Positions 1 through 11,957 of a DNA stretch of 64,000 nt are shown here, in pieces (within the stretch, counting starts at the first letter, position 1; each line of letters begins with the position of its first letter). The DNA is from the human T2T-CHM13v2.0 reference genome, Homo sapiens. The notes under the pieces were generated by a model. It saw only the letters and a list, made by a program, of their open reading frames with translations, was not told where the DNA came from and searched no databases. The stretch lies in assembly GCF_009914755.1 (NCBI RefSeq), contig NC_060929.1; one strand, 5' to 3'. The position numbers were made by a program, and so were the translations under genes.

Positions 1-272
1 ACTTGTTGGGCCAGTTTATCATCTCTTGGTTTTCAAAGGTACTTAAACTACAACTTCCTCTGAAAATCAAATATTCTTTCTCTTTTTCCACGTCAAATAC
101 TTGCAGAAAAAACAACATTGTGAATTCTCATTTTAAAAAAATACAGCTGTAGAAATAAGAGATATTATTTAAAACTTCCTCTGGAAGTAACATTGTAAGT
201 AAAACTTGAAAATGAATCACTATCTTTTAAAAGTAAATGTGAATCTAAACTTGATGTATTAATAATGGAGGG

Positions 273-1677
273 AAATCAATAAGCCAATAACAAACAACCT
301 CGTTTAAAAAATGGGCAAAAGACACAAACAGACACATCTCAAAAGAAGACATACACGTGGCCAACAAGCATATGAAAAAATACTCAATATCACTGATCAT
401 TAGGGAAATGCAAATCAAAAACAAAATGAGACACCAACTCACACCAGCCAGAATAGCCATTGCCACAAAGTCAAAAAATAACAGATGCTGGTGAGATTGC
501 AGAGAAAAGGGAATGCTTATACACTGCTGATGGGAATGTAAATTAGTTTAGCCACTGTGAAAAGCAGTTTGGAGATTTCTCAAAGAACTTAAAATAGAAC
601 TACCATTAGAACCAGCAATACCATTACTGGGTATATACCCCCCAAAATATAAATCATTACACCATAAAGACACATGCACGTACATGTTCATCACAGCACT
701 ATTCACAATAGCAAAAACATGGAATCAACCTAGGTGCCCATCAATAGTGGACTGGATTGTTTGGAGCAAGCCCCCCAAAATCTGGCCATAAACTGGCCCC
801 CAAACTGGCTATAAACAAAATCTCTGCAGCACTGTAACATGTCCATAATGGCCAAGCTGGAAGGTTGTGGATTTATGGGAATGTGGGCAAGGAACACCTG
901 GCCCGCCCAGGGCGGAAAACCGCTTAAAGGCATTCTTAAGCCACAGACAACAGCATGAGAGATTTATGACTTAAGGGCATGTTCCTGCTGCAGTTAACTA
1001 GCCCAACCTATTTATTTAATTCAGCCCATCCCTTCGTTTCCGTAAGGGATACTTTTAGTTAATTTAACATCTATAGAAACAATGCTAATGACTGGTTTGC
1101 TGTTAATAAATACGTGGGTAAATCTCTGTTCAGGGCTCTCAGCTCTGAAGGTTGTGAGGCCCCTGATTTCCCACTTCACACCTCTATATTTCTGTGTGTG
1201 TGTGTCTGTGTCTTTAATTCCTCTAGCTCCGCTGGGTTAGGGTCTCCCTGACCAAGCTGGTCTCCGCACTGGATAAAGAAAATGTGGTACATATACATCA
1301 TGGAATACTACACAGTCATAAAAAAGAATGAAATCATGTCTTTTGCAGCAATGTGGATAAAGCTGAAGGCCATTATCCTAAGCAAATTGACACAGAAATA
1401 GAAAACCAAATACCGCCTGTTTTCACTTTCAAGTAGGAGCTCAATATTGAGTACAAATGGGCATAAAGATGGGAATAATAGATACTGGGGTCTGTTTGAG
1501 AGGGGAGTCAGGGAGATGGGTAAGGGTCAAAAAACTACCTATTGTAAACTGTGCTTATTCCCTGGGTGATGAAATAGTTTGTACGCTAAATGCCCACAAC
1601 ATGCAATTTACCTATGTAACAAACCCGTACATGTATCCCCTGAACCTAAAATAGAAGTTGAAAGGAAAAACAAAAAA
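273..1677 (+). mobile_element. L1 3' fragment (old L1PA/L1PB class), interrupted by a MER9 LTR
   Basis: L1 ORF2 C-terminal/3'UTR sequence (aaatgggcaaaagac...atgcaaatcaaaa; cctatgtaacaaacc...tgaacctaaaata) ending in an A-rich tail; resumes in register after 1268. Confidence 0.9.
758..1268 (+). mobile_element. MER9 solo LTR (HERV-K9/HML-3)
   Basis: TG...CA termini, 511 bp, begins tgtttggagcaagccccccaaaatctggccataaactggcccc like the MER9 consensus; perfect 6-bp TSD CTGGAT at 752-757 and 1269-1274; AATAAA near 1105. Confidence 0.9.
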
Positions 1678-2528
1678 TGAAACAATTGGAATCACTTGGG
1701 GAAAAAAAGACATAGTTGTGGAGAGCAGGATTTCAGAACAAAGCTGCTTTGAAAAATATGGACTTTGACACCCAGGATATGCAGAGGTTTGAAAAGGTAC
1801 AGGAAATGAAAGGATTCTTTGGATATGTTTTTAAAAAGGGAAATAATTGATTTAATACAGGAATCATAGGACACAATTGCAAAAAAAAAAAGATATAACT
1901 GCAAAAAATGTTAAAATTAAAGTTCCCGATATGTCTGACTTAACAAAAATTTGAACTTGCATTAAAGGAAGCAAAGACCAAGGAGATGACAATCTTTTTG
2001 GAAGAAAGCAAAGCCTAGCAGCTGGAGACCTGGAAGTCTTCCATGGACAAGAGACAGACAGCTTGAAATATGGGAGTTAAATCAAAAGATTCAGCTTAAT
2101 AATGAATATATTCAGGTGGACTTAGCAAAGCTAAGAACTCTAATGACAAATTGAAAAGTTCAGTGCATTTCAGAGTTAACTAGTAAACATGAGTCAAATT
2201 TCTTTAAGGCTGAATTAAATAAAAGGAAATTTCTAAGTTTTTCCATGAAGCTAACATCTGTATTTATTACAATATCATAGTAGAGCAACATTAATGTGAA
2301 TGAAATAATTATGTAAAAATATAACATCTACTACTGACATTTCGGAAACAAATGTCTTGAATAAGCATTTCCACTGGTCCTGAAATCATGAGCATTTTAA
2401 TTTTTATGGACCTTAATTTTTCTTAAGCCTTTTAATTTTAATTTTTATAGACCTTTATTTTTCTTAAATCAAGCCCATTTTAAGACTTATAAGAGCTTTG
2501 AATATAAAAACAACTTGTTTCTGTAGAA

Positions 2529-2704
2529 TAGTTGTTCTCAAACAACTCTACACATTGGAATACTGTGTGGAATTTTAAAAACACTAATGCCTGAAGTCCA
2601 GGCCTGGAAATTCAGCTCTAATTTGTATGGAAGTGCAGTCTGGGAAATGGGGGCTTTTTAAAGCTCCCCAGGTAACAACAATGCACAGCCGTGTTTGAGA
2701 ACCA
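2529..2704. mobile_element. MER5A-like hAT-Charlie relic
   Basis: agttgttctcaaac...aagctccccaggt...gtttgagaacca termini typical of MER5. Confidence 0.7.
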
Positions 2705-3269
2705 ATGACGTAAAAGGAATAAGAAAAAAAAAAATCAGTTGATGCTTGTTTACAAGAATACAGCAAGCTACTTTAGCACAATCATCTGCTTAATGCACTG
2801 TCTCTTCAATTTATTTTCCAGCTGGGACTGAAATTATTGACCACAGAATGTTTATGCAGTTAGTAACACTCATTCCAATTAAATAATTTTCTTTCTGTTG
2901 TTTCTTTCCACGGGGTTGCGCAGTAGTAGCTGATATTCTAAACAGGTGTCTCCATTAATGTGAATTTGCAAAACCAAATATCAACAGAGCTTCTTGTTAA
3001 ATATGCCAATACTGTTTGTGATGGCTTCTAGTTCTGTCATTTGGAACTCACTGTGAGCTGCCAAGAACAATTAGTAACAGGCATCTGCTCCTCAAGTTTA
3101 CTATATAAGAATTCCAAAGTGATTTTAATCATCTTTTTGGTAACAGTGCTTTTTATCAAACAGAAAATTATCCATGCAAATTATTAACTTTCAACTCATG
3201 AATAACAGTGAGGAATTTTATGCAGTCTTAGAAACAAAACATTCCTCACTGATGACCTAAAAAGTACTC

Positions 3270-3400
3270 ACACTTTTTCACAGATGAGAAAATTAGCCCC
3301 AAGAGGTTGATGTGATTCACTTGTTACCACATATCCAAATGAGACAAAGCCCTACCTGGAACAAACACCATCTGTTTCTCAGTCCACTATTCTCTCTGTA
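3270..3400 (-). mobile_element. MIR SINE fragment
   Basis: ttttcacagatgagaaaatt...agaggtt (reverse MIR core). Confidence 0.6.
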
Positions 3401-4499
3401 ATACAATAGCTTCTCTTGGAGATTTCAGAATACTACAAGTAAATATATTTTAGTTGCTGGAATCAGACTTTCTATAAACTTAAAGGCTATTTTACAACCT
3501 TGATGAAAACATAAATTGATTTCTCAGAGTTCTTATATTTCTTATCGGAGAAACTTGTATCAAAGCTAACTATTAAAAGAAAGTGACCAACATTTAAATT
3601 TCTCAAAAGCTTGTATCACGTTTCACCAGAAATAGTTCCATTAATTGAATGCATTTCTTTAAAACTGTTGATTGGTTCTATTAATGTCCATTTCTTAAGT
3701 ATACCTCTAATTTGGATCAAAAATTCCAACATTTCATCTAATGAGAGACAAGAGAGCCAGTCTAAAGCCCAGTTTCCACTTATGAAATAGAGTTCATGAA
3801 ACATGGCTTTCATTCATGCAACAGCTTACACAGCCCTACAGTGGGGCTGCTCTTTATTGTATTTTGGAGGACTCTCAAATTCTCACCAGCATTCAGACCA
3901 GTGTGGTTAGCCTCTAAGCTCCTATTTTAGTTACTGGTGCCTTCCTTTTGCCCCTATATGACATTATTTGTAGCTTAAGTTAAATTTTCTTGACAAGCAT
4001 TACCCTATTCACAGCTTTATATTAAAGATCAAAATTTCTAGTCCGTGCAGCTGCCTTTGCAAGGTTTTATTTGCCCCTTTCTGTGACTGTGTTTTAATGG
4101 AAGAATTGTAGAACAGCAATGGACTTTATCTTCACATGAAACTTCACAATTTCAAACTCAGAGAGTTGTATTATATTTCCCTTATACTCTTCAAAGAAGG
4201 AAACTGTGACATCCCCTACTCAGGTGTTGCTATGTGTCATGCTATTTCTAAATACATGACTGTGTTTTTCTAATATTCTTTCATTGTGGTTCATTAAATT
4301 TTTCATCTATTGTAAAAAAATTAGTGCACCCATTACAGAAATGATTCTATCCCATGTTAAGAATAAAAGTTTTGTTTTTTGATTTATTTTGTTTTGTTTT
4401 CCATGGAAGTCTCTAAATCTCTTTCTTGTTTGCTCTTTTAGTTATTGGTGGCTTCCTTTGATGCATTATGTCATTCTTGCCTCAATTTAATTTTCCTGG

Positions 4500-4690
4500 C
4501 ATGCAATACCTGGGTTTGAATTCCAACTCCATCACTTCCTACTTATGTGATCCTTAGAAACTTATTTAAACTCCATAATTTCTGGTTTCCTATGAATATA
4601 AATGAAACTAATAATAGTACTAATATCAAAGTATTATTACTAGGGCTAGACATAAGGCATATAGCAGGTGTCCAGTACAAAGTAGTTTTT
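4500..4690 (+). mobile_element. MIR SINE fragment
   Basis: cctgggtttgaattcc...cacttcctacttatgtgatcctt...ataatagtac. Confidence 0.7.
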
Positions 4691-4773
4691 TGAATGTGAG
4701 TTATTTTATTGTTTGCACAATTGGAGATAGTGGTAAGAGTGAACAACAGAGAGCTAAAGAGGAAAAAAGAGGC

Positions 4774-5136
4774 TGTATGAGTTCGTTCTCATGCTGCTAA
4801 TATCCAGGACTGGGTAATTTATAAAGGAAAGAGGTCAATTGACTCACAGTTTCACAGGGCTGGGGAGGCCTTGGGAAACTTACAATCATGGTGGAAGGGA
4901 AAGCAAACACATCCTTCTTCACATGGTGGCAGCAAGGAGAAGTGCTGAGCAAAGCAGGGGGAAAGCCCCTTATAAAACCATCAGATCGCATGAGAACTCA
5001 CTCACTATCACGAGAACAGCATGGAGGTAACTGCCCCCATGGTTTAACTACCTCCTGCCAGCTCCCTCCCACAACACATGGAGATTATGGGAACTACAAG
5101 GTTAGATTTGGGTAGGGACACAGCCAAACCATATCA
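4774..5136 (-). mobile_element. THE1 (THE1C/D-like) MaLR solo LTR
   Basis: Reverse strand starts tgatatggtttggctgtgtccc; 363 bp; 5-bp TSD gaggc (4769-4773) / gaagc (5137-5141). Confidence 0.9.
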
Positions 5137-6599
5137 GAAGCCAACTCCAATTTTGACCTCTGGGATCAGTAAAACCTATTGGTATAGGGAGAGGGATCCC
5201 AAGATTCCTTGTTGGTTGTCCTCCTTCGCTACAATAAAGGAGAAAAATAGATTTAGTCACTGGATCCAAACAGGTCAATGTTTCTCTAGATTGAATGCCC
5301 ATTAACTCCTTAGTATTATCAGCACAGGCTGTACTGCACAAGTTATACATTCCTATGGTAACAAAAAGCATGAAAAGATTATAAAGGGTAATTGGGTTTC
5401 AGTACCTCTCAGTTTTTTAGCAAATTTGTATATTTCACTTATCATCTTTACTGTCTTTACTGAAGAATATTTCTGGCTTTCTAAATAATGTCTTCAGGAC
5501 ATATCCTTCCCTCCTCAGAGTGTTTAATGAATGTACACAGAAGCCTGCTGTGTTCTAAGAGCAAACATGAAAATAATTTTTAAGCTATCTTTTTCTGTCA
5601 AAAATTAAAAAATCAATAGCAAACTAATGGCTCTATTTCCTGCATTCATATTATAACCTCAAGTATAATAGGAGATTTCTATATAAATTTATATTCTTAA
5701 GGTTATAAAATGCTTTACTAAAACTTCATATTTGGGTAGTAGGAATTCAAGGAAAGACAATACAAAGTAAATCACAACTCCACTGTAGTATACTTTGTTT
5801 CTCTCATTTGTGAAACTATATAACATTACAACTTCCACTTTTGAATGTATTGACAGATATCTTCTTCATAATTTAAATTTGAACACAGACGTGTTCTTTA
5901 ATTAATCTTTCCTTTGCTACAAGATCATTTAGCAGACAAATACAAAAATTTTATGTGTCTATATTTTTCTTAACTTTTTCATAAAAGGTTAAAAGCCTCA
6001 GGTAACATGATAAAATAAAATTCAAAGAATTAATAAGCCTAAAACATAAATTATTCATCAAGGAAATGAGATATAATACAGCCATGTTACGTTTTTACCT
6101 AAAATAAGAATGAAAAGAACATCTGATAAATAGTGCAGAAAATCAAGCAAGAGAATGGTTAGGTTTCAAGGTGAAAAGTCTGGTCCTCTTTTATAACTTA
6201 ACTGAGGAAGAAATCACATCAGTTCAGGAAAGAAGTCAGAAGTCGAAGAAAAGTAATAAAATAGGGATTTCGGTATTATTGAATTTAGCACCTGAACTGA
6301 AAGAGTGTGAAACCTTAGTCTTTCCTGATGAACACTGGGCATTAAAAAAAATTATTTGCACTACAGGCCAGAAAAGTTAAGAGGTGAGATGCAAAGGTGA
6401 CAGTTTGACAGGTTTACCCAGGTGTGGGATCATTTGACCAAAAGTCTGAAATCTCTACATTGATGAATTTGTAAGTAATGGAAGTGGGAAGAAATTCACA
6501 GTGATTGATGGCTTTACTGTCAGAATTAGACTGAAATGCTTGCCAATATTAAGAGAAGGTCAAATAATGAAAACACAATTTATTCTATAAATTTTCCCA

Positions 6600-6790
6600 G
6601 GTTATGAGAACTTTCAGATACATTATCTTGCCAAAGCTTGTCAATGATTTTAAAGTAGATATGTCAGGAATTATTGTTTTGATTTTACAGAGAAGGCACT
6701 GAGCCTCAGAGAAGGAGCTGCCTAAGGTGAGAATCATAATCAAAGCTCTCACTCAAGTTTTCTGACTCAAACTCTTATGCTCTTTTCAAT
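6600..6790 (-). mobile_element. MIR fragment
   Basis: gattttacagagaaggcactgagcctcagagaagg...tgcctaaggt. Confidence 0.6.
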
Positions 6791-7069
6791 ATGCTATGCA
6801 AGGAAGAGAAGAGAAGGAGATAAATACATACTTAACATTTATTTTTTTCAGGAACAACACATTTGTCATTCCATTCAATCTTCATGACACCCCAATATTA
6901 ACCAATGATAAAGAACTATCATTTACTCTAGCCCTATTATATTTTTCAGGACATGCATATCTATTATTCCTAAATGCTCATAATAGCACTGCAAGGTAGT
7001 GTTAATATTTCCATTATGCAGATCAAGAAAATGACTCACAGGTTAGAAGACTAGCCCAGGATCCACCAA

Positions 7070-8075
7070 GCATCTTTTAAAAACACACAGCTCATGTCAC
7101 CTAGCCCCTTCTGTTTAACTCACTAATGGATCCCCACTGGTCTTAAATAATGATTTGCTATGTGAAGTCTTAATCTTCTTTCTCCAATCTTATATTGCCC
7201 CATTATTTCCTTGTTATCACCCTTGTCCCATTCTCTTTGCATGAAACTCTAGCCTCATTCACCCAGTTAACTCTTTTATTTCCTCAGACAAACCTTCCTG
7301 ACTAAACCAGTCTCTACCATCACATTCATTCAGTTTTCACTCTTGTACAGCCTCTTTTTGATAGCACTTCAACAGCTATAATTTTATATGTATCTGTAAA
7401 ATTAGTAGAATATTGTTTCTCTCACCCCAAATCATAAACTTAGATGAGGGCCAGGACCCTGTCTTTCTTTTTCTTGCCATTTTATCACCAGCTTCAGTAT
7501 GGCACTTGCACAAGACTTTTTAAAACAAAGATTATTTATTCTTTTATTTAACAAACATTTGTAGCATACTTCAATGTGCCACACTAAAACTGTAGAATGT
7601 GCCAATGGAAAAGAAACAGTATCTTGAATGGATCTGGTCTTTCATAAAGTAACTCTCATTCTTGACTTATTTCTTCCTAATTATATAACCTAGTGTTATA
7701 TAGGTGAGAAATTTTTCAACATATTGGTGGTGAGCTTTTCTGTATCTCTTTGGATGTCTTTAATTGGCTCAGTTTTTCAAAGACAAGTCCAAATAAGCAT
7801 TCTTCACAGAAGCTGTTTATTAGTAGTAGTAGTAGTAGTAGTATTCACTTTCTCCCAACTTACAGGAACTGTTCACTTTTACACATTTTTATGATACCTT
7901 GGTTTTACCACATAATCTGTCTATTTTATGGTATAGTTCTTGAATGTGAAATTCTTTAGCTAGTAAATTCAGATTCTTCATTACAGAAGCAATGTCTAAT
8001 TCATCTTTCTGGCGTTTGCAGTTCTAGAATAGTGATTTGCACATAGTCAGGACTCAGGAAATTCATGTTAATAGA
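7070..8075 (+). mobile_element. L2 3' fragments (two pieces)
   Basis: gagggccaggaccctgtct...tggcac and ctagaatagtgatttgcacatagtcaggactcaggaa resemble L2 3' ends. Confidence 0.55.
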
Positions 8076-8189
8076 GAGCCCATGACTGCAGAGACATCCT
8101 GGTCAAAAGGGTTGGTGTTATCAGTAAGGTGCCAGAAACCTAAAAACATAGCTCCCTTTGACTTGCTTCTATTTCCAGACATTTCATAT

Positions 8190-8879
8190 GTTGTGGCGTA
8201 TGTAATTTCCACTCAAACACCAACTGGATTCCTACAATTCGCTTCAATTCTGACAGTAGCTACCTAAAGTTAATGTCAGTTACCACAGGTTTGAGGGCTT
8301 AGTCTCACGAGACTACCCTCACTTCAGAAGTTTCACACTTCTGAGGTATGGGGACCACCCATACTATTGATCAACTGGCTATAAATGCAGGGTTCTCATG
8401 ATCCTCTTTCAGTTTTATATAATTCACTGCAATGACTGACAAAACTCAGGAGTGCCCTATTTATTATTACAGTTTTACTATAAAAGATACAACTCAGGAA
8501 TAGTCAAATGGAAGAGACGCATAGGGCAAGGCTAGGGGCGTAGGACCTGTGCAGAACTTCCATATCCTTTCCAGGCTCCCAACACATCTGTGGGCTCACC
8601 AACCCAGAGGTTCCTTGAGCCTCATTGTTTCAGGGTTTTTATACGGGCTTTTCTTTTGTATATGTGATTGAATAAAATATTGGTCACATGATTAAATTTA
8701 ATCTCCAGTCCCTCTTCTCTTAGCAGGTTAGGGAGTGGGATTGAAAGTTCCACCTCTTTAATCAGATGGCTTGTGATGAATAACAAAAGACAGTTATATC
8801 TGAGGAATTTCCAAGGGTTTTAAGAACTCTATGCCAGGAACCCAGGAAGAAGCCCGAACGTATTTTTTATTATATCACA
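8190..8879 (-). mobile_element. MER21 (MER21C-like) LTR
   Basis: Reverse strand begins tgtgatataataaaaaatacgttc...tcctggcatagagttcttaaaacccttggaaattcc as in MER21. Confidence 0.75.
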
Positions 8880-10096
8880 TGATAGAATTGGGAAGGAAAG
8901 GTGGTTGGAAGACATAACCCCACCGCTAACCTTGTTGCCAATGAAAGTCAACCAATCTGTGCCTCATATTGAGGAATTTTGATAAAAATAAAACAGCTTT
9001 CCTCCAAATTTGCTAAAAACCCAAGAATATGAGTTGAATTAAAAAATTATCTTTAAACCATTTTTTAATAAACTAAAAAATGCCTTGAAAACAACATAAA
9101 AATTAAGATTTTGATTTCAGATCAAAAGAATATGTCAACAACTTCTAAACAATTCCTGCAATGAATCTGCTATATATATTTTGGAACATTTAATGAAGTA
9201 ACATTCATAAATGGGCTTAAATACTGGAGACATTCATTCTCATTCTCTCTCTCTCTCTCTCCTCTCTCATGCTCATGCACTAGATTGCTTGCTTTCATTT
9301 TTCCTCCTTCCTCAAACAGAACAACCATCACTCTCGAACTGCAGACACATGAAGATCAACTGCTCCACATTTCCATGTAGCAGGAATGTTTTAAAATTTA
9401 AACATTTTTAAATCAGCTTGGCTGATTTTAGGGATCCCGTTCTGCCATTCTCTCCCAAGTAAGAATCAGAAAAAAATCTATCATAGCAGCAATAAAAGGA
9501 TGAGAGAGAGAGAAATGGGGATCTTCAAAATGTATGCATGCTCATGTTTGTGGGGGGAGGAGACACATATTATTAGATGGTGGAATAGATAAGATCCAAC
9601 CGCATCAAACAGCAGGGAGGCAAATGCATAGGACCTCTTTATGGTGAAATTAAAGAGAAGCTGCACAGACTTTCACACCATGCAAAGCATATATATCAAA
9701 ACTATCATGCTGCATTTAGACTATTTTATAAACTAAAAATTATATTTGGATTCACTGAGATATTTTACTTGCCTGACAGAAAAAAAAATTACAAATCACA
9801 CTATGAAAGCTTAAAGATTACATTCACCAACATGAACGTTTTAAGTCTTACATAGCTGTTTCTCCTTCCTTCTTGACAAAATATGGTATTGGGTGATTGC
9901 ACTGCTTAGTTACCATCCCATTAGATGCAGTCAATCTTAGCTTTTCATTTTCTAAGATTCTAATGAAAGCCATGAACCACTTCTCCAGAAAATATAACTC
10001 ACATTAATATAATTTGGGATAATTCATAGATGCTCTAAAGCCTAGAAAAATCCTTAGACAGAAGAGAGGAGTATGCAAACAGTTTCCCAGAACTTC

Positions 10097-10414
10097 TGCC
10101 ACTCAGATCAGATCATTTTCTGAAAATATGGTGGATAACAGAGCTGTTCTCCTTCTTGCACTGGAGAAACTTGTGCAAAATATATAGGTTGCCCTTAAGG
10201 CCATACAGAAATATCCAATATTTTTAACAGAACAGTCTGATTTACCACATCTAAAATTATAACACAGGGTTCTGTTTCCATTTCAAATCCTTAAAGCTTT
10301 TGATTTGTTTAGTACTGACAGAAAAAGAAATACAAAGGGATGCATACATCAAGTCAACACCTTCATCCCTAGAGTTTCATCAGGCTGTTTACATCTCAAA
10401 AGAGATCTTCTAGT
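10097..10414 (+). repeat. ~318-bp local duplication, copy A (other copy at 18196-18512)
   Basis: Direct alignment by eye: ~19-20 substitutions and 1 indel; both copies end ...ctcaaaagagatcttctagt. Confidence 0.95.
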
Positions 10415-11201
10415 AGCGACTGAAGCAGCATGGCCAAGCCTTGTGGGGTGCGCCTGAGCGGAGAAGCCCTTAAACAGGTGGAGGTCTTCAGGCAGAATCT
10501 TTTCCAGGAGGCTGAAGAATTCCTCTGCAGATTCTTGCCACAGAAAATCATATATCTGAATCAGCTCTTGCAAGAGGACTCCCTCAATGTGGCTGACCTG
10601 ACTTCCCTCCGGTCCCCACTGGACGTCCCCATCCCAGACCCTCCACCCAAGGATGATGAGATGGAAACAGATAAGCAGGAGAAGAAAGAAGTCCCTAAGT
10701 GTGGATTTCTCCCTGGGAATGAGAAAGTCCTGTCCCTCTTTGCCCTGGTTAAGCCAGAAGTCTGGACTCTCAAACAGAAATGCATTCTGGTGATTACGTG
10801 GATCCAACACCTGATCCCTAAGATTGACGATGGAAATGAGTTTGGGGTAGCAATCCAGGAGAAGGTGCTGGAGAGGGTGAATGCCGTCAAGATCAAAGTG
10901 GAAGCTTTCCAGACAACCATTTCCAAGTACTTCTCAGAACGTGGGGATCCTGTGGCCAAGGCCTCCGAGGAGACTCATGTAATGGATTACCGGGCCTTGG
11001 TGCTTGAGCCAGATGAGGCAGCCTATGGGGAGCTCAGGGCCATGGTGCTGGACCTGAGGGCCTTCTATGCTGAGCTTTATCATATCATCAGCAGCAACTT
11101 GGAGAAAATTGTCAACCCAAAGGGTGAAGAGAAGCCATCTATGTACTGAACCCAGGACTAGAAGGAAAATAAATGATCTACATGTTGTGTGGAAAAAAAA
11201 A
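10414..11201 (+). pseudogene. PSME2: Processed (intronless) retrocopy of PSME2 / PA28-beta mRNA
   Basis: Short 5'UTR remnant tagcgactgaagcagc, uninterrupted CDS, short 3'UTR with AATAAA at 11168-11173 and A9 tail at 11193-11201; the parental PSME2 gene is multi-exon. Confidence 0.95.
10430..11149 (+). CDS. PSME2: Intact 239-aa PA28-beta-like ORF of the retrocopy (expression unknown)
   Basis: [12 protein letters not shown]...[10 protein letters not shown]...[11 protein letters not shown]; same length as PA28-beta, no stop or frameshift, Kozak gcagcATGG. Confidence 0.6.
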
Positions 11202-11219
11202 TTAAACTTAAAAATTTTT

Positions 11220-11306
11220 AAATTATTTACACATATGGGATCCCTTAGTTTTCTTTTGAGTTTATTTCAAAAGAAAACTAGGGGATCCCATATGTGTAAA
11301 TAATTT
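11220..11306. repeat. Near-perfect inverted repeat (40-bp arms, 7-nt loop)
   Basis: aaattatttacacatatgggatcccttagttttcttttga-gtttatt-tcaaaagaaaactaggggatcccatatgtgtaaataattt; single T/G mismatch. Confidence 0.97.
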
Positions 11307-11539
11307 TTAAATGTGTAGTAAGACTCATCCCCTCCATTTAACCAGTAAGAAATATAAACATAGTCATTTTTAATGATCCTCTTATATTTATGTGTTTAGC
11401 AAGTGGTGAATTCACCATTACAGACAGATTCATACACGCCCTTTTGAGTCAATAAGATAAGACCTAGTAATACTTATTTTTACCAAGCATCCCAAATGAC
11501 GGATTAGTCATAAACTGTGATATTTCTTAGAACTTTTAA

Positions 11540-11718
11540 AATCCTCGGTTCACATATATTAAACCTACCTCAGGAGGTCTCTGAAAAAATGCAAATGGTA
11601 AACAGCTTCACCCAAGACCCACTGAATCAGACTCTGTAAGGGGTGGGGTCTGGGAATGAACATTTTCAGGAAGCTCCCAATATTATTCCAATTCACACCA
11701 AAGTTTGAAACCTACTTC
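11540..11718. mobile_element. MER5-like DNA transposon relic
   Basis: cccactgaatcagactct...ggggtggggtctgggaat...aagctccc...aagtttgaaacctact. Confidence 0.7.
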
Positions 11719-11843
11719 ACTGGAAGTTCCTTCCAGCCCTGTGATTTTTATGATCCTGGTTTATGACTAATCAGCCTAAATTTTACTTGGTAGACCACAC
11801 ATCTCCCTGCCAAACTTTCTCAGCCAAATATAGCAAAAGTTGA

Positions 11844-11957
11844 CAGATGCCAAGTGGCAGTGGTCTTTGTCAGTGCCCATCCTAAAAGCAGCTGGGCCCA
11901 CGTGGCCTCATCCCCAGCTGTCTTGAGCTGGGCAGCAGGTGCCGGGATGGCCAGCTG
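11844..11957. promoter_or_regulatory. E-box cluster, candidate enhancer or promoter
   Basis: 7 CANNTG in 114 bp (CAGATG 11844, CAAGTG 11851, CAGCTG 11889/11915/11952, CACGTG 11899, CAGGTG 11936) in a GC-elevated stretch I cannot assign to a repeat. Confidence 0.35.

Noticed and set aside
1700-2100. Semi-open + strand frame (…KGFFGYVFKK…), with a similar stretch at 6170-6540
   Set aside because: Multiple stops; more likely an ancient CR1/L3-type LINE remnant or chance, and cannot be confirmed by eye
10349-10959. 153-aa and 132-aa minus-strand ORFs
   Set aside because: Antisense shadows of the PSME2 retrocopy CDS
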